From Azolla caroliniana (taxonomy: Eukaryota; Plantae; Polypodiophyta): a DNA stretch of 64,000 nt. The translations under genes were made by a program, and so were the position numbers. The DNA is taken from contig JBHGNT010000017.1 in NCBI GenBank assembly GCA_043228905.1, forward strand, positions 15,190,001 to 15,254,000, read 5' to 3'. Positions 14,229 through 26,377 of this stretch are shown here, one piece after another. Below the pieces are notes generated by a model that saw nothing but the letters and a program-made list of their open reading frames with translations, had not been told where the DNA came from and ran no database searches. Every line of letters begins with the position of its first letter. The first letter of the stretch is position 1.

Positions 14229-14617
14229 TGTTGGCCGGTCAGAAGAGCAAGGACAAGTGGGAAGGCGGAGTCGGATCAGATAATAGGAAGTAAATAATAG
14301 TATAATTATTATTCGGAGGGACGGATCCGATACAGTTGTACCGATCCGGATCCGGACCGATTCGGATGCCGGTTGCCTAAGCGCACCGATTGTAACCTTG
14401 CCGGATGCCTATAAAAGGATCTGATGATTTGTGAATGCTTTACGGAAGTAATACAAATATAATTATTGTGTGTTTATCTTTATCTTTGTATTGTTTTACC
14501 GTCTGTGCTTAGTGTAATCATCTTAGGCGTGTAACCTAGCGTCCAATCCTTACAACCCCTTTGGAGAAGTGTCGGATAGACACCTGTGTTGAGGCTAGTC
14601 CGGCCAAGCAGACAACA
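14229..14617 (+). repeat. 5' LTR of D
   Basis: TGTTGGCCGG...AGACAACA with CCTATAAAA TATA box near 14410. Confidence 0.95.
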
Positions 14618-14623
14618 CTATTT

Positions 14624-14633
14624 TGGCGACCAC
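14624..14633 (+). promoter_or_regulatory. PBS of D, probably tRNA-Arg
   Basis: TGGCGACCAC complements the ...GTGGTCG-CCA 3' end I recall for plant tRNA-Arg(UCG). Confidence 0.65.
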
Positions 14634-14669
14634 GATTCCTGCAAAGTGCAGAGGACAACCGGGGGATGG

Positions 14670-17357
14670 ATGTCTAGACCAAACAACGACCACATCACCG
14701 AATGAGGGAGACGATACACCGAACGAGAGCAACGACGGGAAGCCCTGCAGCAAGCCGTCGACGAGATCCGGTGAGATCGGTCATTCTCCAGAACTCTTCG
14801 GAGAGTCGCAGAAGAAGCACGACAGTTCCGGGTTCTGCAAGTCCCCGACGAAGGCAGTAGCATAACAAGCCTGCAAGAGGTGGAAACGATACTACAGACG
14901 CTCGCCAGTGGCGACGGGGACTCGGAAGCATTCGCAACACTTGAGGCGGAGTCAGAAAGCGACGGAAGCGTTGCGTCCCAGTATAAAAGCAACCACGACA
15001 CACCAAACGACCCGGGGGAAGAGGAGTCGGATGACTCAGTAACACCGAAGCTAGAGGAAGAAATAACCTTGGAGTTCGGTGACCGGCAATCGCCGAGGGA
15101 GGCTGACCGGATACCGACAACACCCGCGAAGGAACCGAAGGAGCGGATACCGACAACACCCGCAAAGGAACCGAAGGAGCGGATACCGACAACACCCGCG
15201 AAGGAACCGAAGGAGCGGATACCGACAACACCCGCGAAGGAACCGAAGGAGCAGATACCGACACCAACCGCGGAGGAACCAAAGGTTCTCACACCGACGC
15301 CAACAACGGACAGAGAGCGGAGAAAGCAGGAGAGTCAGTTGGACGACACGATGCCGTACCCATACCCAAAGTACCGGGATGAGCCCGACGCGGAGGCACA
15401 CGTGTACGCATTCCTCCAAACATGGGAAGCCAACCATGTCTCCCAAAGACTAACGGAGCCCAAAGCCGAACGATCCAAAGTTGCCGAATTCGGCATGACC
15501 TTAGAAGGACCGGCGGCCCGATGGCACGCAAAGCACTTACCGGGAAGCTTTGCCACATTCGATGCCTTGAAGGCCAAATTCCTCAGGCTTTTTCACAGAC
15601 AAGTTGAGCAAAGGGAATTGGTCGGGCAGTTCTACACCACCCGGCAGGAAGAGAATGAGACGGTGCCACAATTCATCATTCGGTTTCAGACCCTGCACAG
15701 CCAACTGACGAGAGCACCACCCGAAGACGAAGCCAAAGCAGTCTTTTTGGCCGCGCTGAAAGAGCCACTTCGAACAATGTGCGGAGTCCTTGATTTCCGC
15801 ACCAGCACAATGGACCAAGTTATTGATCGGGTCTTAGAAATGGACAAGACTAGCTCCTTCTTGTCGATGGGGATGTTACACCGGGCACTCCCGAAGGAGG
15901 AAGACCTGAGGTTCCGACAGGCCTTACAATGCACAACATGCCTAAATTCGGGCCACTCAACGGTAGACTGCACCTTGCGGACACAATGTATGATCTGCAA
16001 CTCTCGAGCTCATACAACGGACCGATGCGAATATAACCTGTTAAATCGGCAGGCAGCACCGGTTCGACACATAGAACCGCGCAATCAGAACCCGGATGAG
16101 GATCGATTCCGAAGAGACGACCGCTACCAACGCGAACGCGGTAACAGATACGCTGATAGAAGACGCGATAACTATGACCGAGAGGAGAAACGCAGAGATA
16201 GCTACCCCCGGGACCGGTACGACCGAGACGAATCCTCGGAATACGAACGACGCAGAGAAGAGAGGCGACAAGGGAACCGAAATTCCCGACGGAATCAGAA
16301 GCATGGATTTTTCCGAAGAGAGGAACGTCGGGAGGCAGCAAGGAATGACAACCCGGTATCGGTACCGGATAACCGAAAAACCGAAGACGACCGCCGAAGT
16401 ATACCCACCCCCCAAACCGGGGACAAAGGAGAAACGAGCAACAGTCACAAGGTGTACTGTTATTACTGCCGTAAAGAGGGCCATTATAGTAACCAATGCC
16501 CAAGCAAAACCAATGACAAGCAGCCGGCAGTCAACATGGTTACAACCGAAATAACAGAAGTACAGCAGGTCACAACCCGGTCAAAGGGAAAGACCGCCGA
16601 GTGGGAAGCCCAGGAGGCAATCAAAAAACAAGCGGCGCAATGGATCAAGGAGGCCAATGAACAGAATGCGGCAGAAGTAAGAGACCAAAATATACCAAAA
16701 GACGAAGAAATCATACAGCCAGGAGAAAACCCGACGTGGCAAGCGCTACAGGACTGTCAAATCGTGCTGCCGTTAGCACGGCTACTACAGTTGGTGCCAC
16801 GGTTTACGGCAGACTTACAGGCATCCGTGAGCAAACCGAAGCCGACGCCAGCACCGACATTCTTCTCCAACCCGGAGGAAGGACCAGCTGTGGTCAATAC
16901 AAGTAGCCCGGCGATCACGGCAATCGTGAAAGGAAAGGAAATTGCTGGAACGATTATTGACGGAGGCTCCGGGGTAAATGTCATCAGCCGACAGACATGC
17001 GACAACCTGGGCATCCGGGAATGGGAACCATGCCCCTTCTGGTTACGCATGGATGATACCAGCTCAGTCCGACCGACCGGGCTTATCCGGGATTTGGAAG
17101 TAACGATCGGAGGCCACGTATTCCGGATATCGGCCGTGGTGTTGCAGCTGAATGTACAAGGCGCGTACCCCCTACTGCTGGGACGACCATGGCTGCGAAC
17201 GGCGCATATCAAGCAGAATTGGCAAAAGAACATGATCACATTCCGGTGAGGGAAAACAAAGGTACGAGTAACGACGCAACCACGGGTGATCGCCAGTAAG
17301 GAAGCAACTCCATTGTATGCGGAAAGCATCAACATGTTGGAGGGATTACCGGACAGG
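14670..17357 (+). pseudogene. Gag-protease of D
   Basis: In-frame ATG at 14670 with two TGA stops, then the 789-aa ORF: gag core, CCHC knuckles, IIDGGSGVN protease, LLGRPWL. Confidence 0.9.
15108..15290 (+). repeat. 36-bp coding tandem repeat (RIPTTPAKEPKE, about 5 units) in D gag
   Basis: CGGATACCGACAACACCCGCGAAGGAACCGAAGGAG repeated. Confidence 0.95.
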
Positions 17358-17407
17358 AAGTTGAGCGGTACCTCGAGGAACACCCACGAATCGTCCCACT
17401 ATTTGAG

Positions 17408-20400
17408 GTGGATATCACGGCGGCAGTAGAACCGTACATCACGACGCCGGACGAACCGGACCAAGCGGCGATCCGGGAATTGCGACAAGCGCAGGAATCC
17501 CTAGAGAGGGAAATGACGATATCCCAGAGGGTAAAAGCATCCCAACTAGAGGAGGTGGACCTCGGCACAACAGACAAGCCCCGACCGGTAAATGTTGCAA
17601 AGGAATTGCCGAAGGAAGAAAAGAAGGCAATGGTAGCATTATTAACAGACTTCAAGGATGTGTTCGTGTGGTCGTACGAAGACATGCGAGGGCTGGACCC
17701 CCAGCTCTATCAGCACCAAATTCACCTAAGTACGGACGCGAAACCGATCGCTCAACGCAGGTACCGGATGAATCCGAATTATGCGGCGAAGGTGAAGGAG
17801 GAGATTGATAAGCTCCTCCGGGTCGGATTTATCCAACCGGTCAAGCAGGCAACCTGGCTGAGTCCGATAGTGGTGGTCCCGAAAAAGAATGGCAAAATCC
17901 GGGTATGCGTGGACTACCGGAAACTAAATGCCGCAACAGTGACCGATGCATTTCCACTACCATTTACGGACGGGGTGTTAGATGCAGTAGCCGGCCACGA
18001 AGTTTACAGCTTCCTGGATGGATTTAGCGGTTACAACCAAATACGAATGAACCCGACCGACCAGGAGAAGACAACGTTCGTTACGGAATGGGGAGTGTTC
18101 GTCGCGGTCGTGATGATGTTCGGACTAAAGACGGCCCCAACGACCTTTCAAAGGATAATAATGGAAATTTTTGGGGAATATATCCCCGGTTTTATGCAAG
18201 TCTTCCTTGACGATTTCGCGGTCTACAGCCGGCACGGAGAGCATCTCGATCACCTCCGGCTGTGCTTGGAAAAGTGCTGCGAGTACCGGTTGAGTCTGAA
18301 CCCGGCCAAGTGCGTCTTTGGAGTGGCAAGCGGCAACTTACTAGGGCACGTGGTGAGTAAGGAAGGAATCGCGGTAGATCCGGATAAAGTAAAGGCGATT
18401 CTCGAGGCACCAGCACCAAATAACGCAAAGGCTTTAAGCCGGTTCCTGGGCCAAATAAGGTGGCATAGCCGGATGATACGGCACCTCGCAGACTTCGCTA
18501 CACCATTGCATACCGCCGTACACAGGGTACCCTTCCTATGGGTGGAGACGGAGGAGAAAGCCTACCAAGCGTTGAAGGTTATGCTGTCGCAAGCTCCGGT
18601 GGTGCAACCGCCGGATTGGAGTAAAAGCTTTCACGTCTTTGTCGACGCGTCGGACGTAGCAATCGGCAGCGTTCTGATGCAACTCACGGAGCCGAAATGG
18701 TACCGGCCAGTGTACTACGCAAGCCGAAAACTCTCAAAAGCCGAACGGAACTACTCTACGACGAAACGCGAGGCATTATGAATGGTGTATAGCGTCACAA
18801 AGTACAGGCACTATCTGCTCGGAAGGAAGTTTTCCTTCCATGTCGACCATTCGGCACTACTCTACCTGGTCTCGAAGGCATCCCTGACGGGAAAAATTGC
18901 ACGATGGACACTGCTGTTACAGGAATTTGAATTCGACATTTTCCACCGACCCGGGGTGCAGCATGCGGTAGCGGACTACCTAAGCAGACTCGAATCCGGA
19001 GAAGCAGGGGACGACGTCCAGGATGAGTTCCCCGACGCCGAGTTGTTCCGGATCACGACGAAACCGGCAACGGATGCAACGGTAGCCGATGAAGACACGT
19101 GGCTAACTGAGATGCATCAGTTCTTGAGCACCGGAGTACCCCCGGAGAACATGGACCGCGATGAAAGGAAAAGGGTAGCAGTAAGAAGCAGACATTTCTG
19201 CTTGGTTGGAGACACCCTCTATCACAAGGGGGCAGATGGCATTTGGAAACGAGCAGTGCGGAGCGATGAGAAGGATCTAATCCTCAGGGAAGCCCACTGT
19301 GGAATTGCCGGCGGGCATTATGCCGGCGACGCAACCGCTCGGAAAATATGGCAAAGCGGACTGTGGTGGCCCACCACCCTAAAAGATGCCGTGAAGTGTA
19401 GCAGAGAATGCGATTTGTGTCAACGACTGGGCCAACCCACGGAGCAGGCCCGGATGCCACACCACCCGGTCTTGCCATTGGAACCGTTTCAAAAGTGGGG
19501 TTTGGACTTTGTCGGTCCCTTCAAGCCACCGGCAATGCGAACCGGAAATCGGTATGTCATAGTGGCGACCGACTATTGCACCAAATGGGTAGAAGCGAAG
19601 GCCTTACGGGACAACACGGCCGCGTCCACGGCAAAGTTCCTGTACGAGTGCATATGGTGCCGGTATGGATGCCCGATCGAGCTTATAAGTGACCAAGGAG
19701 GACACTTTCTCGGGCAGGTAGTAGAAAGCCTGACGTCATTTTACGCGGTGGTACATAAAGGAGTACTCCCTACTACCCTCAAGCTAATGGACTAGCGGAA
19801 TCGACGAACAAAACTCTGCAGAACATCCTACGAAAAATCGTCAACGAGAACCAGACCGACTGGGATACGAAATTGCAGAGCGCGCTATGGGCGTACCGAA
19901 CAACGTACAAAACCAACATCCGGACAACCCCGTTCCGACTAGCATTCGGTTTAGAAGCGGTCATGCCGGTAGAGTTCTAGATCCCCAGCTCACGGATCCA
20001 GGTAAAGGAGCGCTTAAGTGAGAAGGAGTCCGAACGAATCCGGCTGGCGACGTTGTTGGAATTAGAAGAAAACCGAATAGCCAGCTTACTACAACTCGAA
20101 CTGGAGCAAAGGAGGAGAAAAGCTTTCGTGGACCGACACCGGCATGGCAACGAAAAGGAGTTCGAAGTCGGGAAACCGGTGCTACTGTTCCAGACATGGA
20201 TGGGGAACATGCCGGGAAAGTTGCGGTTTCGGTGGACCGGACCGTTCTGGATCACCAAGGAGTACAATGGGTCGTATCAGCTCGGCACGTTGTCTAGAGA
20301 AGTCATCGGTAAGTGGGCAAATGGGTTTTGGCTAAAGCCGTATAAGGGAAATATGCCAGCCAACCCGTTCAAGCAAGACCCGGAAATCCGGCACGATGAG

Positions 20401-20490
20401 GAACCGACACCGACAGACGCTGCTGCAGATATCCGGACCGAGGAAGAACCGACACCGATACTAACGAAGACTATCCCGGAAAACCGATAG
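17408..20490 (+). pseudogene. RT-RNase H-integrase of D
   Basis: CVDYRKLN, FLDDF, FVDASD, HHCC zinc finger, WGLDFVGP, ISDQG, WTGPF. A few stops and a frameshift near 19760. Confidence 0.95.
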
Positions 20491-20931
20491 AAGGATCCGG
20501 TATTAGCGCGAACCGACCCGAACAAATCGAGGGGGACCAGAAAATGACGTGGTCCAAAAAAACAGAAAAAAAAAATAAAAAAATAAAAAATCATAAGGAG
20601 ATCACAAGAAGAGGCGCCATGCAACGAAGAGGCGCCATGCAGTAAAGGAGGACGTGCGCGTACTTGCTATTTAAAGCATAGAACGTGGGCACCGACTCAC
20701 ACGCGGCAAGCAAGAAAGGACATACTAATTATGGCGGGAGATAGACATGCGCGGGAAACGAAAAAGGGCGGCTCGAGGCAAAAGCCACTATATAAGACAC
20801 AGGCCTGCGAAGGACTTACTTTTTACGAATTTTCCTACACACAGGCGCAGAAGCACAGAAGAGCTATCCGACGCACAGCGCACACACATCCCGATCCCGA
20901 ACAACACACAGCAGAAGAAGAATTCGAACCA

Positions 20932-23853
20932 ATGGCACTGTCGGAAGAGGCACACCAATGGATGATGGAGAACGGGTTAGAAGGATTGCTGCGGATCGCC
21001 GACGCTCCACCACACGTAGAACCAGAGCAGGCGACAACATCGATTGATTTATCAGAAATCACGGAAGGAGTGGTGCAGGCGCTCACAGGGATAAAAGCAG
21101 GAGGACTTCAAACGATCGAAAGCCCTTCAAGTCAAATCCTGTTCGAATATTTCGGTGAGTATTCCATCAGCAGTAAGGCGTACCGAACACAGGGTGGAGA
21201 GAACCTGCTGTTCGGAGAAGTGGCCCGCACCATGATGGAATACGGATTCGTGAATTCTCGTCCCCCGGCCATAGCCAGGTACCGGGCAGCGTTCCTAATT
21301 GCAACGTACGAAGGATTACAAGTGGACTGGCTCCATTTCATAACCGAAGGATTGAAGGAGGCCATCAAGAACCTTGTGGAAGGAAAAAAGCCATGGGCCA
21401 GGATAGCACAATGGCTAACGGTGTTAGTCCCACCGGTGCTCCCCATCAAACAAAAGAAAAGAGGTCGGCAGGAGACGACGCCGAAAAAGGTCACAAAGCG
21501 CCGACATATCCTGGAGAAACACACCCCCGGATGGACCCAGGAAGAAGCAGAACAACGGGAGGAAGGACCATCCCGACAGCAACAGGAACCGGCAACAAAG
21601 GCAAAACCGGCAGGAAAAGGCAAAGGAAAACCGACCGAGGAGGAACCGGTAGCGCTCAAACCAATCAATATAACGCTGCGACGGCTGGAACCGGAACCAG
21701 AGGTCTTTATACAAAAGGTCTGTCTGGTAGCCGCACCGGAGGAGGAAGCTGAAGCAGAAGACTCATCCGAACCACTGGTAAGACTCCCAGCAAGACAAGG
21801 TCGGGAGAGACGGGCGAGAGGACCGGCTCCACCAGTTGACAGAACTCAGCAGAGGGCGCAAGGACCACCTCCAGTAGCCGGGGCGGAAGCAGTACCGGAA
21901 CCCGCACCGAGGGAAGCAGTACCGGCACCGGTTTTTCCGGACTCCAGAGAACCGGTCATGCCAGAGAAGAGGAATGAACAAGTGCCGGAGCCAGAGAAAA
22001 GGCCGGAAAAACAGCCTGAGTTAAGGAGTAGAAGTGAGCAATGCTACTCCGACACAGGAAGCACAAAGCCACAATGCCTGAGATGGCTTTCGGAGCAGGT
22101 ATCGGGAGTAGCGGACCAGTTAGAGGAAGAAGAAACGTGTAGGCAACACCTGACGCATACAACAACCCAGGAGTTGGTCGCGCTCCGAACACAGATCTAG
22201 GAATTGCAAGGGGAGCTGTTGCAGGCGAGGGAAGGAATTCAACAAGCACAAGTTGTCACCGAGCCGGTCGGGACAACAAGGAAGCAACCAGAACCGGAAC
22301 CGGAACCGGTAGCCTTGCAAACCGGCCCTGAGACCGAAAAAATAATAGAAACCTTGCGAGAGGAGTTAAAAGCTTAGGAGGCATTAAGGGAAAAAGAAAG
22401 GGAGCAGCGGAAAGCGGTGGAGGACGACAGACGGAAAATGGAAGAAGGCCTCCGGAAAGGCCAAGCCACTAATGACCGACTGCAAGAAGAAAAAGAGAAG
22501 CTGCAAAAGGAGAAGGACCGACTGCGTCGACAGGCCGAGCAGGAGATAGAACGACTGCAGGAAGAACTTCGACAACAGAAGGACCGGGACGACCGGTTAA
22601 GAGCTCAGGTAAGCCGACGCCTGAAGCAGAAGACGGAGGACTTCGACCGACTCTACTGAGATCACAAGCAGGCTGAGTCGGACAACAAGAAACGGGCAGC
22701 AGACTACGAACGGCAAATAGAGAAGTTGAAAGAACAGCTCAAAGAGACCCGATTAGACCTGGCTAAGACAATGGACGAGGTCAGTGCCAAAAAGGAAGCA
22801 TTGTCGGCGGAAATAACCCAAGCGACGGAGAGAAGGAAGGAATTAGAGGCGCTAAGGCGGGAAAAGCTGGATCTGACCAAGATCAGGAATGAAGAAAAGG
22901 AAAGATTGACCTTCACGATCAACAAACTGCAAAGTGCCTATGAAAAGCAGAAAGCGGATTACGAAGCCCAGACTCAGATAATGGCCGACATTATAAAACG
23001 GGTAAGGAAGGAAAAGCAAGAAGCTTATGCGCATGCTAAGGCGGGGGTTGACCGGATCAAGCTCATCATGTCATGTTGGAGTACCCGAGCTCAGGCAAGC
23101 ATCAACGAAAGTACAGAAAAGCTATGGAAGGAGTGGTCACAATAGGCAGCCGAGCTGCAGACACTCCGAGCTGATGCCGAGAATCAGAGGAAGACCGGTG
23201 ACAAGTTCTACAAGATGGATGAAGAAAGTATTGTCGCCATTCGGGAAGAATTGTCGGAGGATTTCTACGCTTTAGCGGAAGAACATCTCAAAGAAATCCA
23301 AGGGTTGGTAGAGAGGTTGGATGACGGGCAACTCGCAACTCAGTTGGAGTTGGAGAAATACGAGTAGGACCGGTTACGACAGGAAGCCAAGGGAAGAACG
23401 ACGCCAATCACTATAAGTGAGGGAGAGCGACCGGCTGAAGCTGAACCAATCGACACCGAACAACCCCGACAAGGAATACCCGAAGAGGAACTTCCGTTCC
23501 AAGAAAATCAAGAAGAGCAGGTGCAGACCGATGCCGGAGAAGAAGAAGAGCTGAGACCGGAAGACACCGGAGCAGAGGAAGAAGGCGCACCGAGCCGACC
23601 AGTCGAGACCGGAGAAAGCGACACTGGTAATAGAACAGAGCCTGGAACGGAGGGGGAACAGGAAGAACCCGGATGGAGTGGTGAGGAAGCACCGGCACCA
23701 CAGAATCAAGCAGAGCCGGAGCAGCAAATTTTTACGGAACAACCAACCCAACCAGAGGTCGGAGACCAGGCCGGCAAGGAACAGGAATTGGAGGAAGAAG
23801 CACCACTTGACACCTTTGAGCGGAGTGTGCTCGATATTTTGGAGGAAGAATGA
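20932..23853 (+). pseudogene. Additional 3' ORF of D (~970 codons: globular N-terminus, Pro/Glu linker, coiled coil, acidic tail)
   Basis: ORFs at 20731, 22417, 22726 and 23521 share one frame, separated only by TAG/TGA. TATA CTATATAAG near 20790. Confidence 0.8.
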
Positions 23854-23903
23854 GGCCGGGAGTGGATTCGAAGTGCAAGGCACTTTCCCACGGGCGTGCC
23901 ATG

Positions 23904-24292
23904 TGTTGGCCGGTCAGAAGAGCAAGGACAAGTGGGAAGGCGGAGTCGGATCGGATAATAGGAAGTAAATAATAGTATAATTATTATTCAGAGGGACGGA
24001 TCCGGTACAGTTGTACCGATCCGGATCCGGACCGATTCGGATGCCGGTTGCCTAAGTGCACCGATTGTAATCTTGCCGGATGCCTATAAAAGGATCCGAT
24101 GATTTGTGAATGCTTTACGGAAGTAATACAAATATAATTATTGTGTGTTTATCTTTATCTTTGTATTGTTTTACCGTCTGTGCTTAGTGTAATCATCTTA
24201 CGCGTGTAACCTAGCGTCCAATCCTTACCACCCCTTTGGAGAAGTGTCGGATAGACACCTGTGTTGAGGCTAGTCCGGCCAGGCAGACAACA
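23904..24292 (+). repeat. 3' LTR of D
   Basis: Direct repeat of 14229-14617, followed by TSD CCTAC. Confidence 0.95.
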
Positions 24293-24555
24293 CCTACTGC
24301 CTACATGCTCTATTGTATCACATGCGTGCAATAGGTATGCATGCCACTTAGTATAAATAGTTGAGTTCACCTTGAAGGAATTCAAGGTGAACAACGCCAG
24401 TCATGGACATATCAATCTAGTATTCTCGTTTCGCTTATCCTCTCTCCTTGATCTTCATCTCTATCTTTATGCTCTTGTGTCATTCCGTCATCGCTCCATC
24501 GTAGTCTCATAATCCGTGCTCCGTCTTAGTCCACGCTTGGTGTGTCCGTGACAGT

Positions 24556-24566
24556 TTGTTCACCTT
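24556..24566 (+). promoter_or_regulatory. Putative self-priming PBS of E
   Basis: TTGTTCACCTT is the exact complement of AAGGTGAACAA (24384-24394), 32 nt after TATAAATA (24352). Confidence 0.7.
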
Positions 24567-24756
24567 CCAACTAGAAGCATCACCCGTCTCCGTCATCGCC
24601 CTTGCTTCTAGAGTTACCATCGTCACCGTACCATCATCAACATCGCTTCATTTCCTATCTTCCTCGCCATTTCCATCTCCTAGTTTCTTCTCATCATTTT
24701 CATTGGCTTTTAGTTTCTCCTCATCATTGTCTCTATTTTTTAGTTTCTTTCCCGTT

Positions 24757-25185
24757 TGTGTTCGTGTTCTAGTTCCCGGTGAGGACCGCACAAGGCCGCT
24801 CACTCCCGTTGGTGTTCGTGTTCTAGTTCCCAGTGAGGGCCGCATGGTCGCTCACGCCCGTTCGTGTTCCTGTTCCCGGTGAGGGCCACACATGGTCAAT
24901 TACTCCCATTCGTGTTCCTATTCCCAGTGAGGGCCACATGGTCGCTCACTCGTTCGTGTTCCATTTCTCGGTGAGGACAACATGGTTGCTCACACCGGTT
25001 GGTGTTCGTGTTCCAACTCTCTGCGAGGACCGTTCCAGTTCCCGGCAAGGACCCCACATGGTTACTCATGCCCCTTAGTGTTCATGCTCCCCGTGAGGAC
25101 CGCACATGGTCGCTCACACCCGTTAATATTTGTGTTCTAGTTCTAGGTGAGGACCACACATGGTCGCTCATGCCCGTTGGTGTTA
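24757..25185 (+). repeat. Degenerate ~45-56 bp tandem repeat (about 8 units) inside E
   Basis: Unit GTTCGTGTTCTAGTTCCCGGTGAGGACCGCACATGGTCGCTCACNCCCGTTGGT. Confidence 0.85.
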
Positions 25186-25320
25186 AATACCCCGTCTTGT
25201 GGAAGGGTTACTCCTTGTCTAGGATTTACAGAATACTTTGGAGGTGATCTAAGATTTTCATCAACAATATCCCCTTAAGTCGACAAACGATTTGGGAAGG
25301 CATCGTTGAAGGGGGGATAA

Positions 25321-25746
25321 TGTCAAGAATCGAACTCTTGACATGACCATGTTATAATCGAGTGTTATGTGTTAACCACACATCTAGCATATAATCATGT
25401 ATATACTTCCTCATTGTAGGTTTTAGCTAGCATTATGTGCATAATTTCTCCCTTGTATTATTAACACTTGGCACATGCATGCGTACCTACTGCCTACATG
25501 CTCTATTGTATCACATTCGTGCAACAGGTATGCATGCCACTTAGTATAAATAGTTGAGTTCACCTTGAAGGAATTCAAGGTGAACAACGCCAGTCATGGA
25601 CATATCAATCTAGTATTCTCGTTTCGCCCATCCTCTCTCCTTGATCTTCATCTCTATCTTTATGCTCTTGTGTCATTCCGTCATCGCTCCATCGTAGTCT
25701 CATCATCCGTGCTCCGTCTTAGTCCATGCTTGGCGTGTCCGTGACA
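25321..25746 (+). repeat. 3' LTR of E
   Basis: TGTCAAG...GTGACA; matches the rejoined 5' LTR. Confidence 0.95.
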
Positions 25747-25751
25747 GTCAA

Positions 25752-26377
25752 GGCTCGTCCTTCCACCTAGTTTGTCAGATCCTCCCTCACAAGCACAACA
25801 TACATCATCTGGCCTACCCCCATCGGCATCGTCACTAAGTTGACCATCCACTTGAAGTGGATGGTTGGCGAGTAGGTCGGATGCAACTCGTCGTGGTGTC
25901 AAATTCCGAAATGTACCTAATAGCTTTCACATGTTGTCATGAAGTGGTGCACGTCATTGTACATTCCCAGTCACCAATATCTCTCCTTGAGCTTCTAGAA
26001 CGTGGCCCACGTTCCCCGATGTTCAGACCAAGGACTCTCGTGAAATTCGGTTAGCAACACTGAGTGGTCCTCTTTTCGCATCGCCACTTGGAGTGGCGTA
26101 CCATTTTTCCTCTCCGGGTGCCGTCAGATCACCCCGCCTCATAGGAAGAACGTGTACGCCTTCTTTTAGATCATCGTTCATGTTGCCTCTACCATCATCA
26201 TGCTTAAAACCTCCCGGTAAGAAGCCACTCCACATCGTAGTCGTTCTCATTGAACTCGTGCAGGGTCGGAGTGCTTCGTTTGTTCGCAGATAGCCGAGCC
26301 GGCTCAAAGAAGTCCACGTCGACTTCTTCATCCTCCGATACCATGTCTCTTCTCCTTCGAACCACGCTCTTGATAGC
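25752..26377 (-). pseudogene. Integrase N-terminal part of C
   Basis: Collinear with L 36510-37150; frameshifted. Confidence 0.8.

Larger units (their letters stand above)
14229..24292 (+). mobile_element. Full-length non-chromovirus Gypsy element D, inserted in the 5' LTR of E
   Basis: 389-bp LTRs 14229-14617 and 23904-24292 (about 9 substitutions by eye), perfect TSD CCTAC, gag-PR-RT-RH-IN order plus a 3' extra ORF. Confidence 0.96.
14060..25746 (+). mobile_element. Element E: short non-autonomous (TRIM-like) LTR element, ~1.6 kb without D
   Basis: 5' LTR 14060-14228 plus 24298-24553, 3' LTR 25321-25746, perfect TSD GTCAA, PPT 25308-25320, ~770-bp internal region without gag or pol. Confidence 0.92.

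Noticed and set aside
17350-17365. Programmed frameshift between protease and RT in D
   Set aside because: No slippery heptamer or structure; looks like a 1-bp deletion in an Asp-Glu-Glu codon run.
20608-20641. Duplicated GAAGAGGCGCCATGCA
   Set aside because: Only two copies; a possible promoter element of the extra ORF, but nothing else supports it.
20932-23853. Env gene or captured host myosin/SMC gene
   Set aside because: No clear signal peptide or transmembrane helix, and a coiled coil alone does not identify a host gene.
24757-25185. CRISPR-like repeat array
   Set aside because: Units are whole degenerate tandem copies with no unique spacers, inside a eukaryotic LTR element, with no cas genes.
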